From Patescibacteria group bacterium (GTDB lineage: Bacteria; Patescibacteriota; Patescibacteriia; UBA2591; UBA6264): DNA of 64,000 nt. Below, in pieces: positions 61,049 through 64,000 of this stretch. The DNA lies in contig JAIPGN010000003.1 in NCBI GenBank assembly GCA_021735685.1, positions 1,269 through 65,268 on the forward strand, given 5' to 3'. The notes beneath the pieces were generated by a model, which was not told the origin of the DNA, made no database searches, and was given only the letters and a program-made list of their open reading frames with translations. Position numbers and translations under genes: made by a program. How positions within the stretch are numbered: the first letter of the stretch is position 1; each line of letters begins with the position of its first letter.

Positions 61049-61610
61049 AATTATTTTCCAGATAATAAGTTTTTATTTTTAGATTAAGAGCATTGCCAAC
61101 ATTTTGAAAACTTAATTCCACAATATCCATTACTCTAATATTTTTTTCTATTTTCTGAATAAAGTTTTTTACTTTTTGATAGGTTCCTTGCTTAAAGCCA
61201 AAATCCATCATCACTACTCCTGGTTCCGTAAAATTAAAACCAAAATTGGTTAACTCCATATTAGATTGTTTGCTTAAGGCACTAATGTGGTTAAGGATGG
61301 AAGGAACGTCAATCTTGTCTGCCAAAACATAATCTAGTTTACTCAATTCTTCTAAATCAATTTTATCAATTTTATCTTGCAAGCTTTGTAATTTTCCTAA
61401 ATAAATTTTTTGTTCCTCAATAATGCTTCGGTAATAAGCAACGTCTAGGGGACCCTGATTTTTAGTTTTTTCTATTTGCGGCTGAAAAAATGTAAAATAA
61501 TTAATGCTGGCCAAAACCAAGAAAAAAATAATTACTATTGGCCAAGAAAACTTAACTAAAATTAAACGATACCACTTAGTTTGTGCTCTTTTTTCTTTTA
61601 TTTTTGCCAT
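61038..61610 (-). CDS. PilO-like type IV pilus protein
   Basis: TM, coiled coil, G.Y..VKNF...IEKN.R.MDI. Confidence 0.7.
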   Translation of the reverse strand: MAKIKEKRAQTKWYRLILVKFSWPIVIIFFLVLASINYFTFFQPQIEKTKNQGPLDVAYYRSIIEEQKIYLGKLQSLQDKIDKIDLEELSKLDYVLADKIDVPSILNHISALSKQSNMELTNFGFNFTEPGVVMMDFGFKQGTYQKVKNFIQKIEKNIRVMDIVELSFQNVGNALNLKIKTYYLENNYEK

Positions 61611-62674
61611 ATATCTTCAAATAAAGTTATTTCCAAAAGGGCTTGGACTCCATCTCCTTCGCCATTTTTCTGAACACCAGATACTTCAATTTTTTCTACA
61701 AAATCATCAGCTTCTCGAAAGGCAACGATTTGACGAGCCAAGGAAATCAAATCTTTGGCTTGGGCATTTAAACGCACTGGCTCTTGAGCCTGAGCAGTAA
61801 AATCACCAAAATAAACATCAGGCAATGTATATTTTTCTAAAAAATCAAAAAAGTTTCTCCAATAAATATGCTGATCCAGAGCTCTTTGTACTTCCTCTGC
61901 TTTATTATTTAACTTAATCACCGCATTTCTCTGTTCTAAGAAATCTCTACTTTGAACCTCCAAAAGAGAAATTTCTCGTTTAATGTTCTCCACCTCTGCC
62001 GCCCTTTTATCAAAATATAAACCACCATAAAGACGAGTTAAAATAAATAAAACGGAAATAATTACAATTGATAAAATTAAAAATATTAAACGAGAGCGAA
62101 CTACGCGAGAAATAATCATAGTTTCTTCTGGCATCAAACTCACTCCCAACCCTTGAGAAGCTCCTTTTCCTTTTTCCTTTCTTTCCTTTTCCCCTTTTCC
62201 CTTTCTCTTTTTTCTCTCCTTGCTTTTCCCCTCTTCTTTTTTCTGAAAAGTAAATTGGGGAACTTCTTGTTTTTCTTCCTGTTTTTCTTCCTTAAAAGCA
62301 ACCTGAGCAAATTCCTCTTTTTTACTTCCCTCTTCTTCTTTCTTCTCATCTTTCTTTTCTTCCGGAGTAGTTTGAATAACTTCCCCTTTTTTGTCTTTCT
62401 CTTCTGCTTTGCTTTGCTCCTTAAAGCTTTGTTTTGTTGATAAAATTGACTCTGGACCTTCAGCTTTCTTCTCTTCTTTCTTTTTTTTCTTAAAAATAAA
62501 ATCCCGAAGCTTTTGTAAAAAAGCTGGGGACTTTTTCTTAGAAGGAGCTTCGGAGACCGGCTTAGTCATAAGAAAATCTTTTTTGCCGATTTTTTTCTCT
62601 CTTTCTTTTTTTTCTTTATTAAAATCTTGCCCTTCTTCCTCTTTTTTCATTTCATCTGGCAATAAATTGACCAT
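61598..62674 (-). CDS. PilN-like protein with a long K/E-rich N-terminal extension
   Basis: VNLLP start, second VSLMP before the TM, H.YW..FF..LE..T domain; follows pilM. Confidence 0.65.
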   Translation of the reverse strand: MVNLLPDEMKKEEEGQDFNKEKKEREKKIGKKDFLMTKPVSEAPSKKKSPAFLQKLRDFIFKKKKKEEKKAEGPESILSTKQSFKEQSKAEEKDKKGEVIQTTPEEKKDEKKEEEGSKKEEFAQVAFKEEKQEEKQEVPQFTFQKKEEGKSKERKKRKGKGEKERKEKGKGASQGLGVSLMPEETMIISRVVRSRLIFLILSIVIISVLFILTRLYGGLYFDKRAAEVENIKREISLLEVQSRDFLEQRNAVIKLNNKAEEVQRALDQHIYWRNFFDFLEKYTLPDVYFGDFTAQAQEPVRLNAQAKDLISLARQIVAFREADDFVEKIEVSGVQKNGEGDGVQALLEITLFEDIWQK

Positions 62675-62698
62675 AGATCAAGATTAAATAATAAAAAC

Positions 62699-63742
62699 TT
62701 ATTTTATTCCCCTTAAACCCAAACCAACAGCTACGGCAAAACGAGGAGCCACTTCATCCAAGGCTGGCTTTAGTTCTTGGGGATAAGAAATGCGAGCCCA
62801 GGGATCTCCAATCAAAACTTTGATATTTAAAGATTTAGAAAAATATTCAGCTAACTGAGGTAGATAAGCCGATCCTCCAGATAAAATAACTTGTTCAATG
62901 GTTCGTCCCGATTGCTCTTGATATAACCGACGAGAATAATTCATCTCATCCACTACTGGCTTTAAAATGCCCTTAATTAACTCGGGAATCTTAGAAGAAC
63001 CAGACATTCCAATATCTCTTTTGAACTGCTCGGCTCGATTAAAATTAATATTTAAACCATTAGCAATGGCTCGAGTAATAGTGATTCCTCCCACGTCAAT
63101 ACTTCTGTTTAAAGAAGGAACTCCTTTCTCAATAACAATAATATCTGTCGTAACCGCACTGGTATCAATAATCATGGTCGTGGCCTGACTTTTTCCCAAC
63201 AATGATCGCGTTAAGGCAAAAGCTTCAGTCTCCAGAGACAAAAGCTGTAAATCTGCTTTTTTAAAAATCTCGACATAGCGATGTACTAAATTTTTAGCTG
63301 CAGCAGTTAAAAGAATACGATAATTTTTCTTCTTCTTGTCAATTTCTATCTCATCAATAATCCGCCAATCTAAAATCACGTCTTCAATGGGCAAAGGAAC
63401 GAATTTTTTCGCCTCCCAACGAATGGCCGAGCCTAACTCCTTTTTATTCATTACCGGCAAAGTAATAACTGAATTAAAAACTGAAAAATTGGGCAAAGCT
63501 GTAACTGCTTTATAAGTGCTGATTTCACATTTAGCATAAAGTTTTTTCAAAAGACCAGCAACTTTGTCTAAAATAATTTTAGAATCATCTTTAGCAATAC
63601 TAGCCACATCTCTTTCTGCATAACCATAAGTAACTAAGCGCGGTACTCCTTTTTCAACCGCAATCTCCACTAACTTTAAGCTAGTAGTGCCCAAATCAAT
63701 TCCTAAAAAATTGTCTTTCTTGCCTAGTCCCAAGATCGCCAT
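62699..63742 (-). CDS. pilM: Type IV pilus assembly protein PilM
   Basis: LGIDLGTTSLKLVE, WEA...VP, E.EAFAL.R, LSGGSA.L, AVAVGLGLR. Confidence 0.95.
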   Translation of the reverse strand: MAILGLGKKDNFLGIDLGTTSLKLVEIAVEKGVPRLVTYGYAERDVASIAKDDSKIILDKVAGLLKKLYAKCEISTYKAVTALPNFSVFNSVITLPVMNKKELGSAIRWEAKKFVPLPIEDVILDWRIIDEIEIDKKKKNYRILLTAAAKNLVHRYVEIFKKADLQLLSLETEAFALTRSLLGKSQATTMIIDTSAVTTDIIVIEKGVPSLNRSIDVGGITITRAIANGLNINFNRAEQFKRDIGMSGSSKIPELIKGILKPVVDEMNYSRRLYQEQSGRTIEQVILSGGSAYLPQLAEYFSKSLNIKVLIGDPWARISYPQELKPALDEVAPRFAVAVGLGLRGIK

Positions 63743-63863
63743 ATTCTCAAAAATATTAAAATATCTGGGCCCCTTTCTCTCTACGAAAACAGATGACGCC
63801 CTTTTCTTTTTAGGTTATAATTATTAACATTATACAATAAAAGACGATTTTCAACAACAACCA

Positions 63864-64000
63864 ATGTGGATAAATAAATTAAAATCTGATTTTTTAAACA
63901 TAATCTCCCCACAGAAATGCTTGGGTTGCCAAAAACCCGGAAAATTAATATGTGAATCTTGCTCTAAAAAAATTTTCAAACTAAGTCGATCCCCTCTTCT
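63864..64000 (+). CDS. ComF-family competence protein, N-terminal zinc-ribbon part (runs off the window edge)
   Basis: Manual translation MWINKLKSDFLNIISPQKCLGCQKPGKLICESC...; P..CxxC...ICxxC; divergent from pilM. Confidence 0.7.
   Translation, partial: MWINKLKSDFLNIISPQKCLGCQKPGKLICESCSKKIFKLSRSPL

Noticed and set aside
63865-63873. DnaA box TGTGGATAA
   Set aside because: A single box coinciding with the Met-Trp-Ile start codons of the ComF-like gene.

Overview
An AT-rich, gene-dense chromosomal segment of a Patescibacteria (CPR, Parcubacteria-like) bacterium. The lineage is inferred from gene content: a dnaX-linked VirB4/VirD4-like ATPase, secG next to a solute-binding protein, PduL plus AckA, a CPR-style type IV pilus/ComF cluster and near-absence of Shine-Dalgarno motifs. 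TGA is used as a stop, so the code is standard code 11. The content is mostly housekeeping: glyA-folD, trpS, mraZ-rsmH-ftsL-ftsI-murF, pheST, groESL with a CIRCE-like operator, the alpha operon, cysS, secE-nusG-rplK-rplA, gyrB, queH, pilMNO-pilB-pilT-pilC and six tRNAs. I saw no CRISPR array, prophage or transposase. The top finding is a head-to-head pair of an intact Elp3 (radical SAM + GNAT) and a Trm9/ALKBH8-like methyltransferase, which would be a candidate eukaryote/archaea-type cm5U->mcm5U wobble-uridine pathway in a bacterium. All six tRNAs in the window have C34 anticodons, which fits that idea. Other observations are an RNA polymerase alpha subunit whose CTD is replaced by a histone-H1-like Lys tail, and a dispersed ~85-bp three-block element ending in a GGGGACAGTCCCC palindrome. 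There are also apparent leaderless promoters, recurring 16-bp promoter spacers, DnaA boxes overlapping MraZ repeats, catalytically degenerate PilT and HtrA homologues, and a membrane-anchored Memo-AMMECR1 fusion. All annotations come from motif recognition by eye; no database searches were run.
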